This document shows, one piece after another, positions 38,267 to 47,736 of a stretch of 64,000 bases of DNA. Numbering within the stretch: position 1 is the first letter of the stretch; each line of letters begins with the position of its first letter. The notes beneath the pieces were generated by a model, which worked only from the letters and a program-made list of their open reading frames with translations, made no database searches and was not told where the DNA came from. The position numbers and the translations under genes are program-made. The DNA lies in the sequence record NC_041911.1; one strand, given 5' to 3'.

Positions 38267-39820
38267 TTACTTCTCCCCTACCGTGTACGGTAGGTCGACC
38301 AGGAAACATTGCTTCATGCGGGCGGGCAGTAAGAGTTCTTTGGAGACGTGGTACTCTACCTGCTTAGGGACATCCATACAAGTGAAATACTCGAACTCCA
38401 TGTCTACCCCTGGTGTTTCGCGCAACCGACCTGGTCCTTGGATGTTCTTCTTACGCGCCCGCAGAGACGTCGTCATCAGAACAGTGATCAAGCCCTTGAT
38501 GTCGTGACCCGTACCTGCAGAACCCAGCGTGGAAACACACACGGTTGCATTCATCAGGTTATCGTAAGGGTCCTCCGCTACGTAACGCCGGATGTCCAGA
38601 TCCGGATGCTTCGATTTCAAGAAGTCCACGATGGTCGTGCACATCTGGATCGAGGCCGCGTAGATCAGGCATTTCTGCCCAGGATCAAAGCGAGTCAAGA
38701 AGCGTTCTTCAAAACGCTCATTGATCAACTCCAGATAGGGCTTCATCAAGAAGCTATAGCGCTTGGAATAGAAGTTCTTCTCAAACGCGATATGCGAGTA
38801 CATGGTCGAACCACGCTCAGTGGTCGACAGCTCTTCACCTTTCTTGATGTGGTAGCGCAAAGCGTACGACGTGATGTACTTAGCGCGCACGACAATCTTG
38901 CAACGCTCTTCGACCGGGTAAGCGATCTTGTACATCGACTCCGTAAAGGGATCGTCGTCCTCCAATGTAGCGGACAGCGAGATAGCGCGAGGAATGTGCG
39001 TGTACAAGTCGATCTTGAACATGCTGAAGAATTCTTCGTGCACCTCATCCTTGATTCTCGTACCAGCCCGGATGACTTGACAGAACTCCGGAGGCGTACA
39101 ATCGTAACCCATGTTCAGAATTTCATCACCGTGCTTCTCGTACAGGTTGATGTAGTTCATGTAGGTACGATTCGAGATCAGGATGGCTTTCTCGGTCAGA
39201 GTGCCTTCCTTTGCCCGAGCGATCACATCCATGAGGCTAGCTGCGCCCGCCACGGAAATGATGTCCTCTTCCGCCAATCCCAGGTTTTCGACCAAGTCAC
39301 TCGGCCACTTCTTCAGAAACTTCGGACACAGGAAACCCACGATCCGGAAGTTGTACTCTGCAGCTGCCCACGAAGCCAGATACGTCTTACCACGGCCAGG
39401 GTCAATCCCCACGAACTTACGCCAAGAGGGTTCGGGCACCTTCAAGTACGTGTGAAAGATTTCGTCTTGGTAATCACGCGGTGGCTTCAGCTCCGTAGGA
39501 AGCATCGGCGCATTCAGCGGCTCCGGGTCCACGAAGCCATATGTCACTTCAGTGAAGCCGTGATCAGGCACACCGATGTCAGCGAGGTAGGCGCGCCACT
39601 GTTTGTATTGACCGATGTGGAAGTGGATGTGGTTCTTTCGTGGGATATAGGCCGCAAACGTCTGAAAAGGAAGGCGACGTCCACGTTCCCACTTATACTC
39701 GATAAAGTTCCGGGCAAACTTCTTGGCAAGTTCAGCCCCTCTCGGCGACATGTTTTTCACCACAAAGTGATGCGAGAATATGTCAATCTCGAAGTATTTG
39801 CTTGGCTGTACAGCGCTCAT
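38267..39820 (-). CDS. SF2 helicase (UvsW-like, phiKZ gp75-like)
   Basis: Motif I PGRGKT, II KDEVH, III SAT, V GSAGTGHDI, VI QGPGRLR. Confidence 0.9.
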   Translation of the reverse strand: MSAVQPSKYFEIDIFSHHFVVKNMSPRGAELAKKFARNFIEYKWERGRRLPFQTFAAYIPRKNHIHFHIGQYKQWRAYLADIGVPDHGFTEVTYGFVDPEPLNAPMLPTELKPPRDYQDEIFHTYLKVPEPSWRKFVGIDPGRGKTYLASWAAAEYNFRIVGFLCPKFLKKWPSDLVENLGLAEEDIISVAGAASLMDVIARAKEGTLTEKAILISNRTYMNYINLYEKHGDEILNMGYDCTPPEFCQVIRAGTRIKDEVHEEFFSMFKIDLYTHIPRAISLSATLEDDDPFTESMYKIAYPVEERCKIVVRAKYITSYALRYHIKKGEELSTTERGSTMYSHIAFEKNFYSKRYSFLMKPYLELINERFEERFLTRFDPGQKCLIYAASIQMCTTIVDFLKSKHPDLDIRRYVAEDPYDNLMNATVCVSTLGSAGTGHDIKGLITVLMTTSLRARKKNIQGPGRLRETPGVDMEFEYFTCMDVPKQVEYHVSKELLLPARMKQCFLVDLPYTVGEK

Positions 39821-39861
39821 AGCTTGCCTTTATTTGAACGCGAAGAGGCAAGCCATTTAGC

Positions 39862-40542
39862 TCAAGCCTCCTCTCGGTCCATATGCGCGTGCATGATCAC
39901 ACTACGCACTCGGTAGTTTCCTTCATCACCATCCGGAGGGAAGGCAACGATACGTCCATCGCGATTGGCGTACAAAACATTACGTCCCGTGAATTCAGCA
40001 ATCGCGAGCGCTGCCGCTTTGGAACGCGATTGACCGTAGTTACAATGCACTATGATATTCGGACTATCGGTATGTTTTAACACAAAATCGACGATAGCTT
40101 CACCGTCTGCGATTTGAGCCCAACGATGCTTGAAGTGATGTTCATCGTATGCCGTAACGTGGTCATGGAAACCACGATGCAACACCTCTTTAGGTGGGTG
40201 GAAGAACTGCGGCGGTTCAGCGTGCGTGTCCGTAATGCTTATGCATACGTCATCCGGACGGAAGCGATAGCCAGAGGCGATATCGCGGCCCATGAAGATC
40301 ACATTCCGCTTATCCGTCGGAGCATTGGTGGCATTGTTACGCAAGTGAGTACACAGGTCCTGTTCGACTCTGTCTCCATACTTGCGCATCGTCGCTTCTA
40401 TAGCGGCTGGCGAGTTCCTGTCTACAGCTACAGGCTTTTGGGATTTCTGATTGACAATCACGGTAGAGCCAGTTTTGGCTGCATGCTCTGCCATACGTTT
40501 TGCTTGGAACCGTTGTTCCATCTTGCTAAGCTTTTTAACCAC
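39862..40542 (-). CDS. Cys-based (CX5R) protein-tyrosine/dual-specificity phosphatase-like protein
   Basis: IIVHCNYGQSRS signature and upstream F.DH acid loop. GTG at 40542 with GAGG RBS. Confidence 0.8.
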   Translation of the reverse strand: MVKKLSKMEQRFQAKRMAEHAAKTGSTVIVNQKSQKPVAVDRNSPAAIEATMRKYGDRVEQDLCTHLRNNATNAPTDKRNVIFMGRDIASGYRFRPDDVCISITDTHAEPPQFFHPPKEVLHRGFHDHVTAYDEHHFKHRWAQIADGEAIVDFVLKHTDSPNIIVHCNYGQSRSKAAALAIAEFTGRNVLYANRDGRIVAFPPDGDEGNYRVRSVIMHAHMDREEA

Positions 40543-40566
40543 GATAATAACCTCGTAGGAGTGGTA

Positions 40567-41382
40567 GTGGATACGATCAAAAATGGTATTCAGATCAGGA
40601 CAGAGGTGGTAGGCAACCAAACGTTGCGCGTTGGCATCCGTGCTGGCAACCCTGCCAAAGCTCCTCTTCTGTTATTCAACGGCATCGGCGCGAATATTGA
40701 AATTCTCGCGCACTTTGTCGATCTGTTCGACGACATCGAAGTCATTATCTTCGACATTCCAGGGACGGGTGAATCACCGACTCCTCTGGTTCCTTATCAT
40801 CTTGCTGCAATGGCTGTGTTAGCCAACAATCTGTTGGATCATTTAGGATATGCCCAGCAGGTGGACGTAATGGGCATCTCCTGGGGCGGAGCGTTGGCAC
40901 AGGAGTTTGCCTATCTTTATCCCGAACGTTGCCGTAAGCTCGTTCTAGCGGCAACCACGCCCGGTATAGGGATGGTTCCGGGTAGTATCTCGGTAATCTC
41001 CAAGATGCTGAACCCAAAGCGCTACACCAATCCGGAGTACATGACTGAGATTGGGGGAGAACTCTACGGTGGAGACTTCCGAGACAACCCGGAGCTGATC
41101 AAAGAACACGCCAGTCATCTCAAGCGACCAGAACTACGCGGTTATGTCTACCAGTTGATGGCGATCATGAACTGGAGTAGCCTGCGTTGGCTGGGAACGC
41201 TCAAACAAAAGACCTTGATCATGCACGGTAGTGACGATCCGATCGTTCCGCTGGCTAATGCTGAGATCATGGCGAGCAGGATTCCCGATTCGACACTACA
41301 CGTAGTCGATGACGGCCATCTCTTCCTTGTGAGTCGAGCTGCAGAGAGCACTGCTACGATTCGAGAGTTCCTGCACGGCTAG
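40567..41382 (+). CDS. phaZ: Poly(3-hydroxyalkanoate) depolymerase (intracellular PhaZ-type alpha/beta hydrolase)
   Basis: PLLLFNGIGAN.E, FDIPGTG.S.TP..PY, lipase box GISWGGALAQEFA..YPERCRKLVLAAT, GSDDPIVPL.N and DDGHLFL match Pseudomonas PhaZ blocks as recalled, with the Ser/Asp/His triad intact. GTG 40567 with GGAG RBS. Confidence 0.85.
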   Translation: MDTIKNGIQIRTEVVGNQTLRVGIRAGNPAKAPLLLFNGIGANIEILAHFVDLFDDIEVIIFDIPGTGESPTPLVPYHLAAMAVLANNLLDHLGYAQQVDVMGISWGGALAQEFAYLYPERCRKLVLAATTPGIGMVPGSISVISKMLNPKRYTNPEYMTEIGGELYGGDFRDNPELIKEHASHLKRPELRGYVYQLMAIMNWSSLRWLGTLKQKTLIMHGSDDPIVPLANAEIMASRIPDSTLHVVDDGHLFLVSRAAESTATIREFLHG

Positions 41383-41405
41383 ACAAAAAGAAAAAGACTG
41401 CACAA

Positions 41406-41431
41406 AAGCCCGGAGGTCTCCCTCCGGGCTT
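41406..41431. terminator. Bidirectional terminator
   Basis: AAGCCCGGAGG-TCTC-CCTCCGGGCTT between convergent genes, followed by TTATGACG. Confidence 0.8.
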
Positions 41432-41452
41432 TATGACGTCGAGAAGCAGGCG

Positions 41453-41887
41453 TTACTTGGCCTTGGTCTCGTACAGCTTGACCACCGGCTTACCAGCTTC
41501 CAGCACGATGGCCAGCGCCCAGCCGGCTTCTTTGGCTTCAGCGATCAGGTCATTGGCGCGCTTGGTCAGGTCGGCCTTCAGTGCGGCCTTGGAGGGCTTG
41601 CGAACCGGTGCCTTCTTCGCGGCGGGCTTGGCGCCGGCGGGAGCATTGGACGGCTTCTTGGCGGCGGGTTTCTTCACGCCGTTCACGGCGTCTTTCAGGT
41701 TCTGGTCGACGTTGCTGTTGGGCTTGTTCGCAGCGGTCTTCAGCGCATCACCGACGGCGGTGTTGGCCGGCACAGCGGGTTTTGCCGACACGGGCTTGCG
41801 GGGAGCCGGCTTCTTGACCGGCACGGAGGCACGGTCAGCAGTCTTGGCATCGGTTGCTTTCGTCGAGTTGGTCTTGCTTGCGGCCAT
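41453..41887 (-). CDS. Lys/Ala/Pro-rich histone-H1-like (AlgP/PhaF-tail-like) protein
   Basis: ATG 41887 with AAGGAG RBS. Repeats KKPAP, AKPAV, KKPAAKKP and AKPAAKK, then a short C-terminal helical domain. Confidence 0.7.
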   Translation of the reverse strand: MAASKTNSTKATDAKTADRASVPVKKPAPRKPVSAKPAVPANTAVGDALKTAANKPNSNVDQNLKDAVNGVKKPAAKKPSNAPAGAKPAAKKAPVRKPSKAALKADLTKRANDLIAEAKEAGWALAIVLEAGKPVVKLYETKAK

Positions 41888-41922
41888 GATTTCTCCTTGT
41901 TGGATGGCACGTTGAGTGGAGA

Positions 41923-42381
41923 TCAATTCCAATGATACTCCAGTTTGTTTTGCCGGTACTCGCCTTTGGTTACGTCACTGAGACGAAACCCATAGCGCTT
42001 AACGAATGCACGACTGTAATCATGCATCATTTCCTCCGCAACCGTGCAATGCGGAGTCTCACTTTCCAAATGACTAAGCATCCGGTCGATGAGTTTGAGA
42101 CCAAGCCCGCTGCCTTGCAAGTCATCATGCACGCGCACGCAGCGTAACTTAGGCTCGATTCCTACTTTACCCAGCGCAATTCCCGCTAGGCAATTCTTCT
42201 CCATCGCAACCAGTACAATGGAATCCAGAGATCCGACCACCTTATTAGCAAACCAGTGATCGAATCCCGGATAAAAGTGAGTCAGTCCGGTTAGGAACTG
42301 ACGGGCTTGTACAAGGATACCTGAAGACTCCTCGTGACTGAGGCGAATGATGTCCATGGTGTTTGTTGGATAAATGCTCAT
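41923..42381 (-). CDS. GNAT-family acetyltransferase
   Basis: Motif A VRVHDDLQGSGLGLKL and C-terminal RAFVKRYGF. Confidence 0.8.
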   Translation of the reverse strand: MSIYPTNTMDIIRLSHEESSGILVQARQFLTGLTHFYPGFDHWFANKVVGSLDSIVLVAMEKNCLAGIALGKVGIEPKLRCVRVHDDLQGSGLGLKLIDRMLSHLESETPHCTVAEEMMHDYSRAFVKRYGFRLSDVTKGEYRQNKLEYHWN

Positions 42382-42410
42382 AAAGAGCCAAACACCGGTA
42401 TAATCCTACC

Positions 42411-42821
42411 TCAGGCTACGAAGCCCATGCCGGACTTGATAACTTGTTCACGGAAGACTTCGTGCCAGGTTGCGAGTTGTTCACCAGTCAGGCCGTCCTT
42501 GTAGGAAGGCCATTCCGTCCCGAGGAAGAAGTGCGCGAAGGCATTGAGCAGCAGGTCGCCCGTTTCGCTATCCATACCGTACAGCGCGAGCTTGATCCTG
42601 GCCTCGGCGTAGAAGAAGAGAATCGTGTCTGCGTTCAGAGTGGAGAACGTGATACCAGTCTGTTCCTGGAGGAATGCCGCGGCGTCAACGAGACGCGCTG
42701 GCGGTAGTTTGGTGTCACGATTGGCAACCAGCAGCTTGCCGAGTTGCTCGACGAGACTCAGGCGTGCCTTGTCAGATTGTTCGTACTCACGTACTGCTAC
42801 GATCGGTTTTGCGATTACCAT
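42411..42821 (-). CDS. Hypothetical protein
   Basis: 136-aa ORF in the same operon-like run. Confidence 0.65.
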   Translation of the reverse strand: MVIAKPIVAVREYEQSDKARLSLVEQLGKLLVANRDTKLPPARLVDAAAFLQEQTGITFSTLNADTILFFYAEARIKLALYGMDSETGDLLLNAFAHFFLGTEWPSYKDGLTGEQLATWHEVFREQVIKSGMGFVA

Positions 42822-43092
42822 GTTTCTTCATCCTTTCTTTAATGAAACGGAACAGCTCCCTATTGAGAATCGGGATGCTGATAAGAACGAGATTAAACCC
42901 CGGCAGGGTTGCGATAAGAAACCACCAACCAATCCCTCCCCATTTCAGGTTATACCCGAACTTGGACGTGTTTTTGCGCCAAGGCTCGCGATACATCCGG
43001 ATGTCTTCCGAAATCATTACACCAAGCAAGTACAGCGTGAACACCAAGCTCAGACCCAGATAAGCCAAACCTACCCATTTCCAAATACTCAT
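42787..43092 (-). CDS. Small membrane protein (two predicted TM helices)
   Basis: WVGLAYLGLSLVFTLYLLGVMI and WWFLIATLPGFNLVLISIPIL hydrophobic segments. Likely start MSIWK at 43092. Confidence 0.65.
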   Translation of the reverse strand: MSIWKWVGLAYLGLSLVFTLYLLGVMISEDIRMYREPWRKNTSKFGYNLKWGGIGWWFLIATLPGFNLVLISIPILNRELFRFIKERMKKHGNRKTDRSST

Positions 43093-43144
43093 TTTTCTTT
43101 TTTCCAGCACAAAGTCAGGAGCCGAAGCCCCTGACCCTTATGCC

Positions 43145-45187
43145 TTAGTAGTTACCAGGACCATTCTGCAGATTGCGCACCCGCTGTTGATGATCGAATA
43201 CCTCACGCGGCATTACGATGCCGTCGAAAGGATGATCCGGTCGATTCTTCAGCGAGAACGATTCCGGTGCGTAGATACCTTCAGCGTGATGTTCGTACGC
43301 CATGAAAGGAGCCAGCGAACGATACAGAATGATGTTACGCAGCACACCCAAGCCACTTTCCGTCCACGGCTTCGGCATCGAGTAGTCGTAACGTTCTGCA
43401 GAGCGGATCAGCGCCCCACGCAACGTCACTTCCACCACGGCGAGGTTTACCCGCGCCTTACGGTTCATCAGTTCGGTCAGCTCCACGAGAGTCGAGGCAG
43501 GGTCGATCAGGCGATCTCGCTCCACCACTTCCTTCACGGTCGATTCCAACACCTTCGCGATGTCTCGCGAGTGGTCAGACATGCTGAAGTCACGCATCGG
43601 CAGCGAGGCAAACGGCACGCTCCACTTCCAGCCTTTCAGCGGGATCATGTAGCAACCAGTCTCTTCATCCACCGTGTAGCTATGAGTCTTGATGTGCTCC
43701 AAGAACTCATACGTGAGGAACGGCAGACGTTTACCATCCTGCAGACTGATTTCTTCGCCTTCACCCTTGCCATTGCGAATGATCACTTCCGACAGTTCCG
43801 ACATCCGCGATTCCGGCAACACCTGGAGGTTATCCACGATGAAGATGTCGCTCAGGTTCGGTGCTGCTTCGCAGTCGAACATCAAGAACAAGTCCCCATT
43901 CTTGGAGTTTGCCTTCAGCGTGTCGGCGAACAGGTAGCGGTTACCGTCGGTGGACAGCTTCACGAACTGCTGGGTCCGTGCATCGATCGTCGCACCTGCG
44001 ATGCTCTTGGACGAGTCCAAGTGCTTCGTAGACAACACACCCTGCGCGTTCTTTTCAGTAACGTGGGTGCAGTTGGCGTGACCGATATTGCTGTTGGCCG
44101 GGATCAGTTCGGACATCATCCCGTAGCATACCGAGCAAATGCCGTTCGGATCAGTCGGATGACCGCAGTACATCGCGCTGCGCAGCTTCAGCGTTCTGCC
44201 GATGAGGTGCTTGTCGTCTTTGTGAACGGTCTTGAGGATACCGTCGTCGTCAACGAAATGCTTACCTTCCAGGATCTCCAGATCGCTCGGACGATCCTCG
44301 CGTTTGCCTTGCACTCGCCAGTTGAGGTAGCGAGTCGTACCGCAGTCCATATGGTGCAGGCGTTCCACACCCATGTCCATCGTACGCAGCTTACGCGAGA
44401 AGTATTCCGTATCCTGCAGGTCGCCCTTTGATGCATTCAAGGCCTTCGCTGCAGAGCGCGACTCGATCTGGATGTCCCGTTGCGAGCGGATACCCTGATA
44501 ATAGCCGCGCATGATCGGAATACCGAAGCGCTCGTTGTTGATGTCCGTCAGGAAGCCGCGAGGCCCCAGACACTGATGTACCTGCTTGGACGATACCAGA
44601 CCAGAACGATACAGCTTGGACAGAGCGTTGTTGCGCAGCTCCGGCTTGTGCTTCAGCACCGAATCGATCGTGTAGTAGATATCCGCAATGGACTCTTCGT
44701 CCGGCTTTGCGCGTTCGTACGCATCCACCACGTCCTGGTCCTTGAACACGCGGTGGAAGTCGAACAGGTTCAACGAGGTCACGTACTCTTCCAAGCGCGT
44801 TACCATGTCGTTGTAGTGCTGGTTAGACAGGTTGTACGCCAGCTCAGCCAGCTCAAACCGGATGTCAACCATCTGTTCGATGTTGTGCGAGGCGGCCAGG
44901 AAGTCCGCACAATCCCACAACACGTTTTGGATCAGCTTGATGTGGGTTTCCATACCCACACGGTTGCCTTTGAGCACCGACTGGATGTGGTGCTTCTTCA
45001 GGATGGGGAGTCCCGGATAGTTCGCATGGAATTCCCAGAAGTACCGGCTGTAGATGACCTCCTTGTGGTTGGTCTCCAGTTCTTCACCATCGTCAAAGAC
45101 GAGGATGAACGGCCCCATTAGGGTTTCCCATGTCTGCTCGATGCTCAAACCGAGAATGGTTCGAGCAGCAATGCGTTTGAGTGACAT
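43145..45187 (-). CDS. Non-virion RNAP beta' C-terminal subunit (phiKZ gp74-like)
   Basis: QCLGPRGF, IESRSA, DTEYFSRKL, DCGT and LRSAMYC...CSVCYG are beta' motifs. Confidence 0.9.
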   Translation of the reverse strand: MSLKRIAARTILGLSIEQTWETLMGPFILVFDDGEELETNHKEVIYSRYFWEFHANYPGLPILKKHHIQSVLKGNRVGMETHIKLIQNVLWDCADFLAASHNIEQMVDIRFELAELAYNLSNQHYNDMVTRLEEYVTSLNLFDFHRVFKDQDVVDAYERAKPDEESIADIYYTIDSVLKHKPELRNNALSKLYRSGLVSSKQVHQCLGPRGFLTDINNERFGIPIMRGYYQGIRSQRDIQIESRSAAKALNASKGDLQDTEYFSRKLRTMDMGVERLHHMDCGTTRYLNWRVQGKREDRPSDLEILEGKHFVDDDGILKTVHKDDKHLIGRTLKLRSAMYCGHPTDPNGICSVCYGMMSELIPANSNIGHANCTHVTEKNAQGVLSTKHLDSSKSIAGATIDARTQQFVKLSTDGNRYLFADTLKANSKNGDLFLMFDCEAAPNLSDIFIVDNLQVLPESRMSELSEVIIRNGKGEGEEISLQDGKRLPFLTYEFLEHIKTHSYTVDEETGCYMIPLKGWKWSVPFASLPMRDFSMSDHSRDIAKVLESTVKEVVERDRLIDPASTLVELTELMNRKARVNLAVVEVTLRGALIRSAERYDYSMPKPWTESGLGVLRNIILYRSLAPFMAYEHHAEGIYAPESFSLKNRPDHPFDGIVMPREVFDHQQRVRNLQNGPGNY

Positions 45188-45244
45188 CGTGTTTCCTTTA
45201 AAAGATCAGGCCCGAGGTGGTGAGTCTCGGGCCTCCGGCTACCA

Positions 45245-47548
45245 TTACACGAAGGTAAGGGCGGATGGTTTCGGTTCCAGTTCTTGGTACGGGTGGTACG
45301 CGAACTCCCAGCCATTACACAACGCCAGGTGCTTGGTCAACTCCAAAGGCTTCGCATTGCCGAGCGGGATCTTGTTACGATCCACCAGAACAGGAATGTT
45401 CGTAGGCTTGTCGGCGCGCAGGATGGTGTAAACACCCATGCGATGCGATGCAATGTTGTTGTTGCGGTCAATGATCTCCGCCATCGGCAACCAACCCATG
45501 TAGGAAGTACCGATCGCAGTTTCCGTTTCACCCCAAGCCCGGATAGCTTGTTGACGCCACGGCGACGCATGCTTGTCTTGGTTGTTGATGTGCGACAGAA
45601 TGCCGAAGTTCTGCAGTTTGCCAGACGATACCGACGTCCAGTCATCACCCGTTTTCTCCAGCAGGATGAAGTAACACTCACCGATGAGGATCGGCTCCTT
45701 CGTTGTCACCATGCGCCCAGAGTTCCCGCGATACGTCACGCGGCTCATGTGCGGCATGTAGTCCTTCATGATCGCATCCACAGCGTCCGGCAGCTCACGA
45801 TCGTTGTTACTCGGGTGGAAGAGATAGATCCCATCCTCCAGCAACGAGATCATGTGCTCGGCGCGCTTACCCTTGCGAGCTACGTCGTAGTAGAACTCTG
45901 CCATCTCCATGTTGATGATTTCGATGTACGACAAGAACCGATCCCACGCGTGGTTGGCACGCGAGTCGGTATGGTGGTTCTTGAACGCTTCCTCGACACG
46001 CATCTTGTCAGCCAGCGTGAGCTTCTGCCCATGGATATCCGGATACGCCACACCGAACAGGTCGCAGAACTCTTTGACGAGATCACGCGATGCCGCGTTA
46101 TAAGCCTGTTCGTACAAGCGACCCAAGTTCTGCCGCGACACCGTTGCACCAGCGTCCATTACGATGTGTGCGCGGTTGCCTGCAGCATCCACTGGCATGT
46201 CTTCCTTCGGCACGATCTTGACGACAACGCCTTTACCACCCCAGCAGTCCGTGATTTTGTAGCCACAAGTCGGTGTGGATTCATACTCCACCACGAACTC
46301 GATGGTGAAATCGTCCATCGGAGAGGCGCGATAGATCTTCTGAACACGTTGCTCTTCGTTGGTCGCTTCCTCCTGCATCACCGAGTAGGCATGCTTGACC
46401 AGGTTCTTGAAGTTGTGCGAGATCCGCAGAGCGTTCTTGCCGGTTTTCGGCTTGTTGCCCTTGAGGACGTGATACTGACGCAGGACTTCCTTGTAGAAGA
46501 CCCGTGCCGCACGATCATACTTCAAAGCCTGTTCGTTGCAGATGTTCGGAGCGAATGGCGTGCGCGATACGTCATGGCTGACACGAATGTCAATCACACG
46601 ACCGCGGCCGAGCGCCATGCCTTCTTCATGTGCCGGTGTCACGTAGGTGAGCTTGTCAAAGACGTAGTTCACTTCACGACTGGCCGCCGCAGACATTTCG
46701 ACTGCCGAATAGGCGTCGCTGTAACTGCGCAACGCCATCAGCAGACCGTCGGCCCGAACATAATCACCGATTTCCGGGAAAGGTTTGTAGTTGTTTTCGT
46801 CTCCGTAGATGTTGAGTGCGAAGTGTGTCGAACCGTACGAAACCGTGCGCTTCTCGTATTTACGAGTCTTCAACCACGGCACCGCTTCTTCGGACAGCAA
46901 AACACCGTCCTCAGCCACTTCTGGGAAGCTTGCGAACATTACGTTCAGGTTGATGCCGTAACAGTAGTTACCATCCGGCCGTTTCGAAGGGGAGTCTTGC
47001 AGAATCGTCCCACCGAGCAGATCGCTGCCACCCAGACCAGTACGCGGATCAGGCACTCGCAGATTGCGCGCCGCATCCGTGTTCTTGTACGGGAAACCGA
47101 AATACTGATGGTTGGAGAAGTATTCCTTCATCGAGATGCAATCGATCTCGCCATCGTCCTGATACTCCACGATCAGGACCGTCTCAGGATTGTGACGGAT
47201 GGCTTCCGTGCCCACCATTTTGGTGTTGTAGAACGGAATCATTGCCATGATCCTGCAATCCCGCTCTACTTTCGTCGAGAAGGTTGCACGACCATATTGA
47301 ATTTCAGCACCGGTCTGAATCCGGCGCGGAGTTGGTTTGGCAATCACCAGGCATTGTGATGTGTGGCTTGCACCAAACATCTGCTTACGCGATGCCGAAA
47401 CAGTTCCATCGAATGGAGACAAGCTCATTACGTTCGCCAACTCCGGATAGAGTTGGTTTGGTTCGTAGTGATAGTTCCATACCGACGAGAGTGCTTGTAC
47501 CAGTGTGGTGGGACTGGTACTGCCGTTATCATCAGTAATATTTTCCAT
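45245..47548 (-). CDS. Non-virion RNAP beta C-terminal subunit (phiKZ gp71-73-like), uninterrupted
   Basis: SASRKQM..H..Q, AEDG, GYKITDCWGGKGVV, SRQNLGRLYE, G..YFILLEK and WGETE correspond to beta regions H/I. Confidence 0.9.
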   Translation of the reverse strand: MENITDDNGSTSPTTLVQALSSVWNYHYEPNQLYPELANVMSLSPFDGTVSASRKQMFGASHTSQCLVIAKPTPRRIQTGAEIQYGRATFSTKVERDCRIMAMIPFYNTKMVGTEAIRHNPETVLIVEYQDDGEIDCISMKEYFSNHQYFGFPYKNTDAARNLRVPDPRTGLGGSDLLGGTILQDSPSKRPDGNYCYGINLNVMFASFPEVAEDGVLLSEEAVPWLKTRKYEKRTVSYGSTHFALNIYGDENNYKPFPEIGDYVRADGLLMALRSYSDAYSAVEMSAAASREVNYVFDKLTYVTPAHEEGMALGRGRVIDIRVSHDVSRTPFAPNICNEQALKYDRAARVFYKEVLRQYHVLKGNKPKTGKNALRISHNFKNLVKHAYSVMQEEATNEEQRVQKIYRASPMDDFTIEFVVEYESTPTCGYKITDCWGGKGVVVKIVPKEDMPVDAAGNRAHIVMDAGATVSRQNLGRLYEQAYNAASRDLVKEFCDLFGVAYPDIHGQKLTLADKMRVEEAFKNHHTDSRANHAWDRFLSYIEIINMEMAEFYYDVARKGKRAEHMISLLEDGIYLFHPSNNDRELPDAVDAIMKDYMPHMSRVTYRGNSGRMVTTKEPILIGECYFILLEKTGDDWTSVSSGKLQNFGILSHINNQDKHASPWRQQAIRAWGETETAIGTSYMGWLPMAEIIDRNNNIASHRMGVYTILRADKPTNIPVLVDRNKIPLGNAKPLELTKHLALCNGWEFAYHPYQELEPKPSALTFV

Positions 47549-47697
47549 TACCGCTTCCCTTTAAGTCGCAACAACGATTTTATGTACGTCAGACATCTGA
47601 GAATCCTCGTAAATTACGGTGATTTTGTCTCTGACATCTCAAGCACAGCATACAAGAGTGCAGTAAATTTCCACTGACGCTCATGCATTACCCTTTA

Positions 47698-47705
47698 GTA
47701 ATATG
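47698..47705 (-). promoter_or_regulatory. Candidate early (vRNAP) promoter CATATTAC
   Basis: One mismatch to the published phiKZ early consensus TATATTAC, ~150 nt upstream of the nvRNAP beta gene. Confidence 0.5.
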
Positions 47706-47736
47706 TGTTCAACGCCTTTTACATCTAGGACCGGAA

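Noticed and set aside
40114-40566. N-terminal extension making PhaZ a 422-aa fusion
   Set aside because: The extension lies antisense to the phosphatase gene. PhaZ similarity and a good RBS begin at 40567.
42787-43092. Calling the 2-TM protein a holin
   Set aside because: Only size and hydrophobicity support it. It is 5.6 kb from the endolysin and no family motif is recognised.
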